From Vicugna vicugna (lineage: Eukaryota), in NCBI GenBank assembly GCA_013265495.1, contig MU058824.1, positions 2,135,111-2,199,110 on the forward strand: a stretch of 64,000 nucleotides of DNA, written 5' to 3'. A model generated the notes under the pieces. That model ran no database searches. It saw only the letters and a program-made list of their open reading frames with translations, and had not been told where the DNA came from. The stretch's first letter is position 1, and each line of letters opens with the position of its first letter. Both the position numbers and the translations under genes were made by a program. This document shows, piece after piece, positions 47,117-60,732 of the stretch.

Positions 47117-49667
47117 ACCATTTATTTAGAATGTCCCGGGCTATCCTCAAACGTGGCTATGATATAGCTTTAGTTTTCCATGGAGAGGGGAAGATCACTG
47201 CAGAGGGTGAGATCTTTCTTTCCCCTGTCCCTACAGAATCAGAGCTGACACGGGCTGCTAGAGAGTACCTGGTTCTCCTCCCTCATTTTATAAATGGGGT
47301 CATTGAGGTCCAGAGGGGCCAGTGAGTGGCTAAAAACCACATAGTGAGTTAGTGGCAAAGCCAGAACCACGTGCTCTGATGCCCAGCTCTTTCCAGCACA
47401 ACACATGGTACGTCTCGTGGCAAACCATGCATTCATGTTTTTGTTCATTCAACAGCATTTCTTGAGCCACTAGTAAATGCTGGGCTCTGTGTTGATATTT
47501 TGAGAGTAGACAAGTCGGGTGCAATTCTGCTCTCACATTGCTCACAACACTGGACAGAGAATGTTCTTTTAGAATTCTGAGAGAGGACCAGAGAAAGTGT
47601 TATCTATATAGGTCTGGTGATCTCCTTTGAGGGTGGGAGTGGTTTTTGAGAGCAGTCAAAAAGTGTGCAGCTCAGCAGTGATGACTTACACCAGTGGACA
47701 TCTAGGCATCCTCACCTGCCTGATCCATTCAGTGCTCACAAGTACCTCATACTACCGATGGGGACGTTGAGGCCTTGAGAAGGGGGAATGAATACCTACC
47801 TGGATCACAGAGCGAGAAAGTGCCAAAGCCACTTTGAAAACAGAGTGTGATTCCAGGAGCTGTGGGTCTTGTGAACTGGCTCCATTTAGGTAGAAACAGC
47901 ATGGGTTTGGGGGCCAAGGAGACCTGCGTTCAAATGCTGGGTCTGCCATTTCCCAGTTGTATAACTTTGGGCAAGTTCCTCTTTGGAGCCTGTTTTCTCA
48001 CGTGCGAAATAGAGATAATGGGGTACTTACCTTGTGGGGTGCCTGTGAGGGTGAAACCAGTGCCTGAGGGTGGAGTCCCTGCATAGCGCCTGGCGTGCAG
48101 TGGGCACTCAGTACCTGTTCCTTTGCTGCCTCTGCCAGCCCCTGACATGCGCAGCTTGGCTAGTAACCGAGGAGCCAAGTACTCCTGGCTCTCTGCACCC
48201 ACGTCCTGTTTTCCACGAGAAGGGCCTGGAAAGGTTTTCCTCAGTTGGACAACAATAAGGGTGGTGGTAAAGGTGAGGTTTGCCGAAGGCTCAGGCCTGA
48301 AAGTTGGGGCCCTCTCTCCCAAAGCGCCCTCTCTCTCTCTCTCTCTCATAGGTGGAGCCTAGTCAAAGCTCCAGAAGGCCCGGTTTGGATGCTGGAGACA
48401 CCTGCCATGCCTGACTGCATGTGGTGCCAGTTCTGCCTTGTTCCTGCTGCATTCCGGTTTCGTATGTCAGCACCTCATGAAAATCTTCCAGGTCCAGGCT
48501 TTGAATAGCCCCTTGGCTGCCTGGGAGTAAAGAGGCTGGCTCTGTTTTGCCTGTCAAACTATGTGCTTTGTCTGTCTTAGGGCAGGTAAGCTGGGTCCCC
48601 TTTCATAATACCTACTGGGCCATCACTGTCAGGGCTGATTCTGCGCGGCTCAGGCTGAACAAACAGCCATTCAGACCCACCAGCCGAGGCCGAGGCCACG
48701 CAATGGCAGGAGCTGCTATTCTTAAGAGCGGTTTGATGACAGGCTCTGAGGGGAAGGAGCTGAGCTCTGACTTGCCTCTCCCAGCCAAGGCAAATCGTCC
48801 TTTCTCAGCTGAGTCAAACGTTCCAAAGGGCTCCCACTTTCCCTCCTGCGCTCTCTGGGCATGTGGTATAGAGCAAGGGTCAAAATGAAACAAGAGGTAG
48901 CCCCTGATATGCCAAGGGCCCTCAGTATATACAAAGAACCCGATAACCTGCCAGATTTCTTTTTTGCCTCAACTGCTAGGAGACTTGGAACAAATTTTGT
49001 ACTGGAAGCAATAATTAACTCATCCCAATTGCCTGGTAACATCCTCTGCACTTTTAAACTGGCTCTAACCTTAGTCTTTAATCAATCTTCATTTAATGTA
49101 TTTTTTATCCACATAACATAAAATTTACCATTAGTGACATTTAGTACATTCACAATGCTGTACAATCATCTCTAGTTACAGAACATTTCATCACCCCTAA
49201 GGGAAACTGCTCACTCATTAAGCTGTCATTCTCCATTCTTCCATTCTTTAACTTTTAAGATATCACTGATATCCTTGAAAAGTAGGGGGTATGGATTTTA
49301 AGTAAATATAATAAATAAAAGAATAGTTAACTTATACATTTCATTGTATCATATAGACATGTTCACTTTTTGTTTTATTGTATTTTTTAGTGTTCACTTT
49401 TGTTTCATTCTCTTTTTGTTCAATTAGGTATTGAGTTGTGGCTCATTTCTGATCTGCTGTGTCATTACAAATTCCCTCCTTTCTTCTCCCTCCCCTTCCC
49501 CCATCCCCTCCTCCCTTTCTTCAGACTTTGATTTACTATCTAACCCACCTATCATTTACCTGTCTACTCGTCATCTATCAATCAAAAATCTATGAATTAT
49601 CTACCTATATATCTAATCTGTCTTCCTACTCTCTATCCATCTTTCTGCTTCTCTTTGTAAATGTAGA

Positions 49668-49845
49668 TCATTGGCTCTCAGTCCTGCACGTTAGAATCAC
49701 CCACTGAAATTTTAAAATCTAACGATGGCTGGCCCCATTTCAGACCAGTTGAAATGGAAACTTTGGTGTGAGACCTGGGCATCTGCATATTTTTTAAGTT
49801 CTCATAGGTGATTCTGATGCATAGTGAAGGTTAAAAACTATTCAC
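49668..49845. mobile_element. MER5-like hAT remnant
   Basis: ctgcacgttagaatcacc...gggcatctgcatattttttaagttctcataggtgattctgatgca. Confidence 0.65.
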
Positions 49846-50510
49846 CTAAATTAATTTCTGCAATGCTTAACCTCCTGCAGAAATTTCTTATCTCAGTTCT
49901 GGTCCATTTTTTACATAAATGGCCATCTACTACACATACTGCTGTATAATCTGCCTTTTAACCCCAAATTCTGCCTTTAATATGCACAAACAACTTTCAG
50001 TGTACTTAAATATTTTTCAAGAGCATCATTTTAAAGACTATATAGTATTTTATAAACATATATGTGTTACATTTATTTAAACAGTCTCTTGTTGAGATTT
50101 GCATTTGGATTGTATTGAATCTGCAAATGAATTAGCAAAATTTTATACACACTTTATGTATATTATTTAATTTAAAAATCTAAAAAATTGAGCACATACA
50201 AAACAAAAAATATGATGTACCCACAGGTACTCATTGGCTGCCCAGCTCCAGCAGCCATCAGTTGTGTTCAACTTCTGTCCCATCCATATTCCCATCTTCC
50301 CCTACTGTTGTATGATTTTCAGAATATCCCAGACATCATATAAATTCACCTGTAATTCAACATATATCTTTAAGAGATAAAACCCCAATATCAATGTCAT
50401 ACCCAAAAAACCCCAAAGAGAAAAACCACATTAATTCCTTAATACCATCAAGGGCAACTTGATAGTTAAATGAGAAGGTTTAGACTTCCAGTTGTCTCAT
50501 AAATGTAATT

Positions 50511-50654
50511 GTTTTATTTATTTATTTATTTTACTTTTCTGTTGTGGGGGGAAGTAGTTAGGTTTCTTTATTTTTTAGAGGGGGTACTGGGGATTGAACC
50601 CAGGACCTTGTGCATGCTAAGCATGCGCTCTGCCACTTCAGTATGCCCTCCCCC
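50511..50654 (-). mobile_element. tRNA-derived SINE (Vic-1-like)
   Basis: gtactggggattgaacccaggaccttgtgcatgctaagcatgcgctctgccact. Confidence 0.88.
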
Positions 50655-50899
50655 ACTATTTTATTTTTACATTTTGTTTGGGATTAAAAAATTTTTTATT
50701 GCAGTGAGAAGCCTTGGGGTTGGTTGTGATTGGTCTTGAGTCTCATTTAATATATAAATTCCCACCCCAGCTTTTATTTTTCCCTTGGAATTATTTTTTG
50801 AAAAAACTAGGTTGTTGGCCTTATGGAGTTTTCCACATTTTAGATTGTATTTTTATGGTGTAGTTTAACATGCTTCTCTATTTTCTTTACTTCCCATAC

Positions 50900-53355
50900 A
50901 CTGGTGACTAGAACTAGACGTTTATAGATATTAAGTCTTCTAATTTATAAATACGATTTATGTATCATTTCAATTACATATCATTTCAATTAGGTTTTCC
51001 TTAATGTTCATCAATAAAGTTTTCTATTTTTCTCCATAAAGGTCTTGTACATCTTATTAAAATTATTCCCAACACTTTGTACTTCTTTTGGATGAAATTG
51101 GAAATGTTATCTGTCCTTCTCTCCCCCTCCAACCTTTATGGAACTATAACTGACATATAACATTGTGTAAGTTTAAGGTGTACAACATAATTTGATATAC
51201 GTATGTACTGCAAGATGTTTACCACAATAAAGGCAGTTAACATCCTTCACTTCACATAATTACGATTTTTTGTTGTGTGTGTGGTGGGAACATTTAAGAT
51301 CTACTCTCTTAGCAACTTACAAGTATACAGTACAGTGTTGTTAACTATGGTCACCATGCTGTAGATTAGATCCCCAGAATTCATTCCTCTTATAACTGGA
51401 AGTTTGTACCCTTTGACTAACATTTCCTCATTTCTCCCACCCCTAAGCCCCTGGCATCCATCAATCTATTCACTGTTTCTATGAGTTTAGCTTTTTTAGA
51501 TTCTACATATAAATGAGATCATAAGTATTTGCCTTTCTCTGTCTGACTTAAAAAATGTTAGCTGTTCTTAAATTGCTTATCTACTTGTTTGTTGTTGATA
51601 GGTGCAAATACAACTGATTTTTTTCACATTGATTTTGTATCTGGTAACTGGCTCAACTCTCTTAAAAAATCTAATAATTTATCACAAATTTCTTTGGGTT
51701 TTCAATATAAAAAATCATATTAACTGTGAGTAATGACACTTTTATTTCATATATATATACATGTATATATGTGTGTATATATATATATATAAACTTTTTC
51801 TTTCTTATTTTTTTGCCTTATTGCTTTCAATGCAATGATGACTAGAAATGACGGAACTTGACATCCTTATTTTGATCTTTATCTTAAAAGAATGTTTCAA
51901 TGTTTCACAATTAAATATTATATTTTGCTGTACTTTTTTGTGTACACTTATCAGGTTAAGAAGTTTCCCTCTATACCTAGATTTTAGGAAATTTTGTTAT
52001 GAGTTGGATGTTGATTTTTCAGATGCCTTTTCTCCATCTGTTGAGATAACTACACTCTTAAATCTGTTAAAGTTAATCTGATTTTCAAAAATGCTAAGCA
52101 CCTTGCATTTGGGGGATAAACCTTAATCGGAACATAATGTATTGTCATTTTTATATATTGCTGGATTTTGTTTGCTAATACTTTGTTTGGAGGTTTTGCA
52201 ACTAGCTCATGTATAAGGTTGGTCTGAAGTATCCTTTCTTCTAATGTTATTTTCAAGTTTTCAAATCCAGTAGTGGTATAATTATAAAATAATTAGGAAA
52301 TGGTCCCTATTTTCTATTAGAATTATTGTTTCTTCAATGTTTGATAGAATTTGTTATTCAAATCTTCTGGATTTGTTGCTCTTTTTGTTGAAGTATTTTC
52401 AACACTTAATTCAATGTATCTAATCATAGGACTACTTGGTTTTATATTTCTTCTTGTCAGTTTAAAAAATTAATAGATTTTATTTTTTGAAGCCATTTTA
52501 GATTCACAGTAAATTAAGTGGAAAAATACAGAGAGTTCCTACATTCACCCCGAACCCATCCTTCCAGCCTCCCCCACTGTCTACGTCCCTAGCTGGAGTG
52601 GTACATTTGTTACAGCTGATGAGCCAACATTGACACATCATTATCAACCGAGACCATAGTTTACATTAGGGGATCATGCTTTGTGTTAACATTCTAGAGG
52701 TTTTGACAAATATATAAGGACACACATTCATCATTATAGTACAGAATAGTTTCACTACCATAAAAAATCCTGTGCTCCACCTATTTATACTTCCTTCATC
52801 CAAATCCCTGGTAACTATCTTTTTACCTCCACTGATCTTTTTACTGTCTCCATAGTTTTGCCTTTTCAAGAATGTCATATAGTTGCGGGGGGAGGGTAAA
52901 GCTCAAGTGGCAGAGCACATGCTTAGCATGCACGAGGTCCTGGATTCAATCCCCAGTACCTCCATCAAAAAACTAACTAAATAAATAAACCTGATTACCT
53001 CCCCCTGCAAAAAAAAAAAAGAATGTCATAAATGTCATATAGCTGGGATCATGCAATATGGAGTCTTTTCAGATTGGCTTTCTTCACTTAGTAATATGAA
53101 TTTAAGGTTCCTCCTTGTCTTTTCATGGCTTAGTGGTTCATTTCTTTTTAGCACTGCATGATATTTCATTGTGTAGAGGTACCACAGTTTATTTATCCAT
53201 TTACCTAATGAAAGATATCTTGGTTGCTTCCAAATTTTGGCAATTATGAATAAAGTTTCTGTAAATATTTGTATATAGGGTTTAATGTGAACATAATGTT
53301 TCAACTCATTTAGGTAAATACCAAGGAGCATGATTGCTGGGTCATGTGGTAAGAG
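50900..53355 (-). mobile_element. Cluster of nested antisense L1 fragments (old ORF2 remnant, L1MA-like 3' end ~51130-51550, L1MC-like 3' end ~52470-53355)
   Basis: Minus ORFs NKVLANKIQQYIK and HDPAIMLLGIYLNELK...IAKIWKQPRY...WINKLWY resemble L1 ORF2p; typical 3'UTR motifs are present. Confidence 0.8.
52885..53020 (+). mobile_element. tRNA-derived SINE (Vic-1-like)
   Basis: agctcaagtggcagagcacatgcttagcatgcacgaggtcctggattcaatccccagtacctcc, A tail, and repeated flank aagaatgtcata. Confidence 0.9.
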
Positions 53356-53715
53356 TCTGTGAGTGCCTGCTGTGTTTGATTTTGTTAGGGTAGCCTCACA
53401 TACCAATCTCATTCAAATGCATCTATCCTGGTTTTGAATTTATAAACCCTTAGGCTCTATGCCTTACTGCCACAGACACTAACCTTAGCCACAGTCCTAC
53501 TCACACTCACACTATTTATTTTATTTGCACAATTTATCCAAAGTCCTTTCGATGATCTTCAATTTTATATGCACTGTTCTCCCCAGAATCAGATATCACA
53601 GACCAGTTTGATGTACTAGAAACATACTGAGCCCGGATTTAGGGTTCAAGTTACATAATCTTGAATTCATCTCCTTCCCTCTCTCAGCCTCAGAGTTGAT
53701 AAAAATGAGTCTTAG

Positions 53716-54212
53716 ACATAAAAAAGGAATGAAATAATGCCATTTGCAGCAACATGGATGAACTTAGACGCTATCATACTACGTGATTAATTCAGACAGA
53801 GAAAGACAAATATCATATGCTACCTTATATGTGGAATCTAAAAAAAATGACACAGTTGAACTTATTTACAAAACAGAAATAAGACTCACAGACATAGAAA
53901 ACAATCTTATCGTTACCAAAAGGGGAATGGGGGAAGGGATAAATCAGGAGTTTGGGATTAACAGATACATAATACTATATATAAAATGAACAACATAGAC
54001 CTAATGTATAGCACAGGGAACTATATTCAGTATCTCATAATAACCTATATTGGAAAAGATTTGAAAAGGAAAAAAAAAATATGAGACTGACGTGCTACCT
54101 ACGGCGCTAACGAGGCACCTAGAAAAAGAAATAAATATAACTGATTTACTTTGCTATACACCTGAACCTAACACAACATTGTAAATCAACTATACTTCAA
54201 TTTAAAAAAAAA
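53716..54212 (+). mobile_element. L1 3' end (artiodactyl/laurasiatherian type)
   Basis: aatgaaataatgccatttgcagcaacatggatg...gtatagcacagggaactatattcag...acacaacattgtaaatcaactatacttcaat followed by an A tail. Confidence 0.9.
54080..54116 (-). pseudogene. 5' half of elongator tRNA-Met(CAT), tailless retropseudogene
   Basis: Minus strand GCCTCGTTAGCGCCGTAGGTAGCACGTCAGTCTCATA differs at two positions from the 5' half of vertebrate tRNA-Met as I recall it (GCCTCGTTAGCGCAGTAGGTAGCGCGTCAGTCTCATA); it ends just after the anticodon. Confidence 0.88.
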
Positions 54213-54223
54213 TTAGGCTTGGT

Positions 54224-54306
54224 GGGGAGCATATAGCTCAGTGGTAGAGTGTGTGCCTAGCAAGCACAAGGTATTGGGTTCAATCCCCAGTACCTCCATT
54301 AAAAAA
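54224..54306 (+). mobile_element. tRNA-derived SINE (Vic-1-like, short form)
   Basis: tatagctcagtggtagagtgtgtgcctagcaagcacaaggtattgggttcaatccccagtacctccattaaaaa. Confidence 0.88.
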
Positions 54307-55694
54307 GTACACAGTGTTGTATGTCAATGATAGCTCAATAAAACTGGGGAAAAAAAGGAAGGAATGATTTTTAAAAAATAAAGAAAGAAAATTTTAAAAA
54401 TTAAAAATATGAGGCTTAGAGAGAGTCAGTGGCTTGCCAAGATCAAACAAGAAGTTAGTATGGAGCCAGGTTCAGAATCTAGTCCCTTTGAAGCCCCAGG
54501 ACTAAAAATAAAACAAACAAAAACCCTCCTGGGTGGCCATGGTGACTCTTCCCCACTCCCTGTCCTTGCCCACGTTTCCTACGTCAAGTGGATGTTTAAT
54601 CTGGTTCAAAATTCCAGTTCCATCCTTCAAGATCAGGGCTCTTTGCATCTCTCTGGGCTCCTCCTCCACCACACCTCCTTACTTGCCCTTTTTTCCAAAC
54701 ATCTCTCTGGCTTTTCTCTTACCTGGTCCTGCCCTTCCTTGACCTCTCTCCCCCAGCCTTTCACCGGGTGGCTCCTCATGTGCCACCTCTTCAGAGAAGC
54801 TGTCCCTTCCCTGTACCAGGTGCCTGATTTGTCTGTTTTCTGGACTAGACTAGCAGTTCCTTGATGCCAGGAATGGGTCTGGGTTCACCACTGTGTCACC
54901 AGCAGTTACTGCAGTGCTGGCCCAGAGCAGGAGCTGCGGAAATGTTTGCTGAATGGACAGATAATTGGATGAATGAAGTGGAGTGGAGGGCACTAGTTGA
55001 TCACCTTGAATGAGGATATCTTTGCAGATCAGCAGTCAAGTTATTTAAAAAACCCATCCCCACAGGGAGCTAGGGAAATGGAACAAGAATGGCAGGCAAA
55101 TGGCTTCTAAAAATACGAGAGCTTCAGGGCCTTATTTTCACACCTGGCTTGGCTTGTTTTGTATATTCAGAACTTTCTGATTTCCATGTAAATCACATTC
55201 CCTGTTATCAGTCTGGCTTTGACATTATGTCTTCCTGTCTTTTGGTTAAAAAACCCCAAAAAGCTATGGTTAGTGAGCTCCTGGATTTTACATTCTGCTA
55301 TTATTAAGAGCTCCTGTTTACTAGAGCTTCCTGTGTCAGGGTGTGTGAAGTGCCTGACATCTGATGTCTAAATAATTAAATCCTCACCGATCAGTGCTAT
55401 TTCTCTCATTTGTAGGTGAGAAAATAAGTCCAGAGAGATTAACTCTTCATGATCACCCAGGAAATGAGCAATGAAGCTGGGATTTGAACCAACATCAGAC
55501 CCTTTTGTTCTCTAATTCTTATCTCCCCGGTGTACAAAGTGCTTCCACATTCATCATCTCAATGGCTTCTTGAAGCCACTCATGAAAGAAGGGAGTGGGG
55601 TTCCTTAATCCTGTGTGGAAGGTGAGGGAGTTAATACCAAATTTAGGATTTCAGCCCAGTCCTGCAGCAGAGAGTCCTCATCTGCAAAGTGGGA

Positions 55695-56546
55695 ATGAGG
55701 GGTTCTTCTTCTTCCCCTGACACCAAATATGTGATGTCTTTCCCAACATCACTTCTCCAGCTCTCTGACACCAACTAAATGTCCTGCAATCCAATTCAGT
55801 TCTAATACTGACTGCCCAGAGCTAGTGTCAGACTTCACAGGTTAAAGGCTCAGTCCCACAAGGCTGGACTCACTTCACAACCATTGGGTCCCCAGGTTAC
55901 CTGCACTTCTGCCAGACTTGGCTATAAAGTCAGGGCTTCCCACAACCCTATTCCTCAGGTTCAATAATTTGCTAGAATAACTCACAAAACTCCAGAGAGT
56001 TTTATAATAATAAACTTACTATTGCAGTTCATCATGAAGGATATAAGTGAACAGCCAGATGAGGAGGCTCATAGGATGAAATCAGAGTCCTGAGTGAAGG
56101 ACATTCTGTCCCCATGGAGTTGGAGTGCACTGCCATCCAAGCACCTTGTTGTGTTCCTCAACTCAGAAGCAGTCTGAGCCCAGTTTTTAGTTTAGTTTTG
56201 TTTTTAAACAGAGTCTTCAGTATATATGATTGATTAAATCATTGGCCAGTGGTGATTGAACTCAACCTCCAGCCTATCTCCCCACCACCACCCACCAAGG
56301 TCAGGGGTGGGAAGGTAGGGCTGAAAGTTCCAACCCTCTAATCAGGTCTTGGTCTTTTGGGTAAACAGTCCCCATCTTGAAGCTATATGGAGGTCTCAAG
56401 AGTGACCTCATTAGCCTTCACTTGGTATGGTTGAAAGAAGCTTATCATGAATAACAAAAGACACTCCTGTCACCCCTATCACTCAGGAATGGAGTTCTGT
56501 GCCAGGAATTGGAGGGAAAGACCAGATATTTATTTACCATTATACC
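55695..56546. mobile_element. LTR element, MER21-like
   Basis: ctctctgacaccaactaaatgtcctgcaatccaattcagttct...ggttaaaggctcagtcccacaag...ggatataagtgaacagccagatgagg. Confidence 0.75.
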
Positions 56547-58689
56547 TCAGGGAATAATCATGGAACCTACCTGCAGTCTTGCTGGAGTGATGAAATGAGA
56601 TAATGGAGATAAAGCAGCTAGCAGACATGATATGTCTGCAGGAAGCCCAGAGCTTTCAGGCAAAGGGAGAGAAGACTGAACACTGCAGTTGGAATGGGTG
56701 GAAATGAGGTGGAGCCTGGTGGGGGTGGGGAGGGCAGCCAGGATGGATGGCTGAACACTCCACTCCACAGGCTTATTGGTGATCTCAGGCTGAGATCCAT
56801 ACCATTAGCTGATAGAGGTCAGAGGTGAGAGAAGGACCAAATCCCAGCCTCTCAAAGGCTCTTGCCTCTTCCTTCTGCCTTCCAAGTCCCACCTACACAC
56901 AGGCATGTGCGCGCGCACACACAGGTACACACACTCCTGGGACGTATACACTCTGTCCCAGGAACCAATCCATCCCTTCTCCCAGCAGTTAGCGTCAGTA
57001 GCCTCCTAAGCAGCTCTCAGAGGCACTCACCCGTTCATTCATTAAATATTCAAGAAATACTCATCCACCAAGCGTTTCCCAAGTTTTGGTGCCCTGTGCT
57101 GGCCTCCCTGAATTGCACAAATCATGCTTCCCTGCCCAGTAAAGGAGCTTCCCCATCAATCTAGCCAGCTCTCAGGTGCTTTTTTAGCTGCATATCCTGT
57201 TGCCAGATATTCTCCCACCTTGCTGCTCTGAGGAAATTCTGTCATTGACATCCTGTTTCTTATCCTTAAAATGTTTTAAAGTTACTATTCAAATAATGTT
57301 GAATAATATTATTAATATTATACTCATAACCTACTGCCTGAACTTTGAGCTTTCACTTCTCCAAGAATACTACCATACTTACAGAGTTGGTTTTGCTGGA
57401 AGGCAGTATAACGAAGTGGTAAAGAGCTTGGACTTAGGGACCAGCATAGACCACCCGGGTCTGGGTTGTGCCTGAATGTCTTACCAACCATGAGACCTTG
57501 AGCGTGGCACTTAACCTCTACAAACCTCCGTTTTCTTCTCTGAGAAAGTGGGATTATAAAACCCAACCCAAAGAGTTGTAAGAAGTAGGTGGGAAGTGTT
57601 TATAAATACTTAGCCCTTAGTACATGTTGTCAGTTACAGCTGTAGTCAGAGTGTGTACACATTTCATGACCCACTTTCTCTGCTTAACTTCATCCCATGA
57701 AAGTTTTCTCTCTTGTTACTCATTGTTCATACTTACTATTTTCAATGGCTACAAAATGTTTCATCAAGCTTCACTATAATTAAGTTTGTTATTTTCTTAT
57801 TGTTGGGTATTTCAGTTATTTTGGATTTTTCTCTAGCATAAATAATTCTGTGGTTAATATTTTAGAACATAAAGCTTTTTTTTTTTTAAATAGCAAAACA
57901 AATTTAATTTAACATATTTTCATCTCGACCCTGTGTAAAATTTTGTGATAAATACTCTGGATATAAAGGTGGCTCAGATCTGGTCCATTCCTTCAGGGAG
58001 TTCATGGTCTTGGGTGGAGAGGAGCCTCGGACACATCTGTCAGTTATGTAAGGCAGGGAGTCCTCAGTCCTTTCAGAGAGAGGACTAGGTTGCAAATGCA
58101 TGAAGTGAAAGGGAACTGTTACTGTGGAGGAAGTCTTTGTGGACCTGGAAGCTCCAGGAAAGTTCAACTCATCCATTCAGACATGCATCCAACATGCTAA
58201 GCACTTCTGCTTGTGGGATTGCATCCTGCCCTCAGGAGCCCACACACTGTTGGGAATGTAAAACCAGGACTCTACTCCCACAGAGAGATTGTCAGCTATT
58301 TCAGAAGCAAGAGAACTGGTGTCAGCTGCCTGCCAGGAGGTGGAGGAAGACTTCTGTGGGCAGAGCTTTGGCCTCAGCTCTGAAGGATGAGGAAGATGGA
58401 ATCTTGGAGGAATTTACAGCTAGAAGAAGCCTCAGAGGGGAGCCCTCCGGGATGGAGCATGCCAGGAGTTACGACACCTTGTTTCACTGCTTGGTTGCAG
58501 TCATTCTGAGTTCAAGTCCTGGTAGAGAAGGAAGAACTTCTATATGAGGACACTCTGACTCCAGGGGACCTAAAACAGCTACCAAGGGTGAGAGTTGGCT
58601 GGCTCCCCTGTCACTCTACTTACCAAACCGTGACAGAACTGGATAGTAAGTGACTGCAACTTCCCTGAGTGCCAGAAATACATTTTTTA

Positions 58690-59045
58690 AAAATTTATTT
58701 ATTTTGGTAACAAAATCCTCCACATAACATAAAATTTACCATCTTAACTTGTGTACAGTTCAGTAGTATTAAGTATATTCACATTATTGTGCAATGTATC
58801 TCTAGAAGTTTTTCATGTTCCAACACTGAAACTCTGTGCCCATTAAACAAGGACTCATCATTCTTCCCTCCTCCCAGGCTTTGGCAACCACCCTTCTCCT
58901 TTCTGTTTCTGTGATTTTGACTTCTCTAGGTATCTCATATAAGTGGAATCATATAGTATTTGTCTTTTTGTGACTGGCTTATTTCACTTAGTATAATGTC
59001 CTCAAGGTTCATCCGTGTTGTAGCATGTGTCAGAATTCCCTTTTT
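58690..59045 (-). mobile_element. L1MB-like 3' end
   Basis: cataaaatttaccatcttaac...ggcaaccacc...tcatataagtggaatcatatagtatttgtc. Confidence 0.85.
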
Positions 59046-60024
59046 CCAGACATACTTTGAGGCATTATGTGCATTACTTTATGCCCGTTAAATCATGTAA
59101 TCCTCACAACCTTGTGAGGTAGGTGCTCGTCTTTCCTTCCCCATATTGAAGATGAGGATATCAGGGCACAGTGACATTCAGTTAACTGTCTCAAGGGCTC
59201 CCAGCTTGTGGGGGAGCCAGGACTTCAACCTAGGCAGCCTGGCTCTGGGATCCATGCTCTTAACCACTCCTCCATGTTCCCTTTCTCACTGTCACACTGA
59301 GGAGCACAGAGGTCATCAGAGATGGGTGTATCTCAACTGACAAGATGCCTGTGTCATCAGTGTCTTGTTAAAGGAAGAAGAGCTTTGGGTGGGAATCAAA
59401 AGCCTGGGGTGTGCTTCTGGTTTCTGCCCCGATGTTCTGCTCTGTGACTGTGAACAGGATTTTCCCCCACCCCTGCAGGATATCATTTCCCCATCTGTAA
59501 AATGAGGGGGTTGGGCAAGATCTTTTGTTAGGTGTTCTGCAGGCAAATGAGTCTGGGAAATCTGCTAAGGTTAAATATGCTTCCCTTTGAAAGAAAAGGG
59601 GGTGGTGATGGTGGTAAATACATGGATAATTACTGCAGTTTTCTGTGAGAAAATCTTACAGAACATGGAGGGAGAGGAGGAGGGGAGAGGGGTTAATTAA
59701 GGCAATGTTGGAGAAGCCCGAAGGCAAAGACCACACCCTTTCTCATTATGTGAAAGAGCACCTTGAGGGTGAGGTGCGCTCGCAATTCATCTCTGGCTCT
59801 TCAGCAGTCTTGCAGCAGCCTCTGTATAGCTGGCGCTCAGGAAATATTTGATTGTGCCTGTGTCCAGCTAATCTGAAGGTGTCTACAATTTACAACCTTC
59901 ATGTCCAGGTGGGGCTGCTGTAATGGGCCCCTGTCAGGTATTCACAGGAAGGCAGAACTGATGGGAGGGTAACTCAAGTGTATTGAGGAGCTTCCAGGAG
60001 GTTTATGCAGTGCTCCACATTTAT

Positions 60025-60732
60025 CTTTTTAAAATAACAGCTTTACTGAGATGTAATTCATGTATCATGATTCACTCATTTCAGGCACAATTCAGTGTTT
60101 TTCAGTATATTCATAGGGTTGGGCAACCATCACTGTAATCAGTTTTAGAACATTTCTTATCACTTCCCCCAAGCCCTGTACATATTAGTAGTCTCTCCTC
60201 ATTTCTCCCCTAGCCCCATCCTCTTCCTCCACACCCCCACCCCTCGGCTTGGATGATCATTACTCAACCTTCTGTCTGTATAGATTTTTCTAATCTGGAC
60301 ATTTTGTAGAATTGCAATCATACAGTATGTGTCCTGTTGTGAATGGCTCCTTTCACTCAGCAATGTGATGTTTTCAAGGTTCATCCACGTTGTATCATGA
60401 ATCTTTTTTATTGCTGAATAATATCCCATTGTTTGGATTTACCAGATTTTATTGATTCTGAATGGACCATTAGTTGATGGATATTTGGGTTGTTTCCACT
60501 TTTTGGCTAATAGGAATAAGGCTGCTATGAACATTCATATACAGGTTTTTGTGTGGATGTATGTTTTCATTTTTCTCAGGTATATACCTAGGAGTGGGAT
60601 TGCTGAATCATATGGTAACTCTGTGTTACCATTTGAGAAACTACCAGACTGTTTCCCAAAGTTGCTGTATCATCTTACATTCCCACCAGCAGTGTATGAG
60701 CGTTCTCATTTTTCCACATTCTTGCCAACAGC
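60025..60732 (-). mobile_element. L1MB-like 3' end
   Basis: acagctttactgagatgtaattca...gatggatatttgggttgtttccacttttt...cattcccaccagcagtgtatgag. Confidence 0.85.

Noticed and set aside
54224..54306. Functional tRNA-Ala genes at the tRNA-like repeats
   Set aside because: Stems are disrupted, and A-rich tails and TSDs identify them as SINEs.
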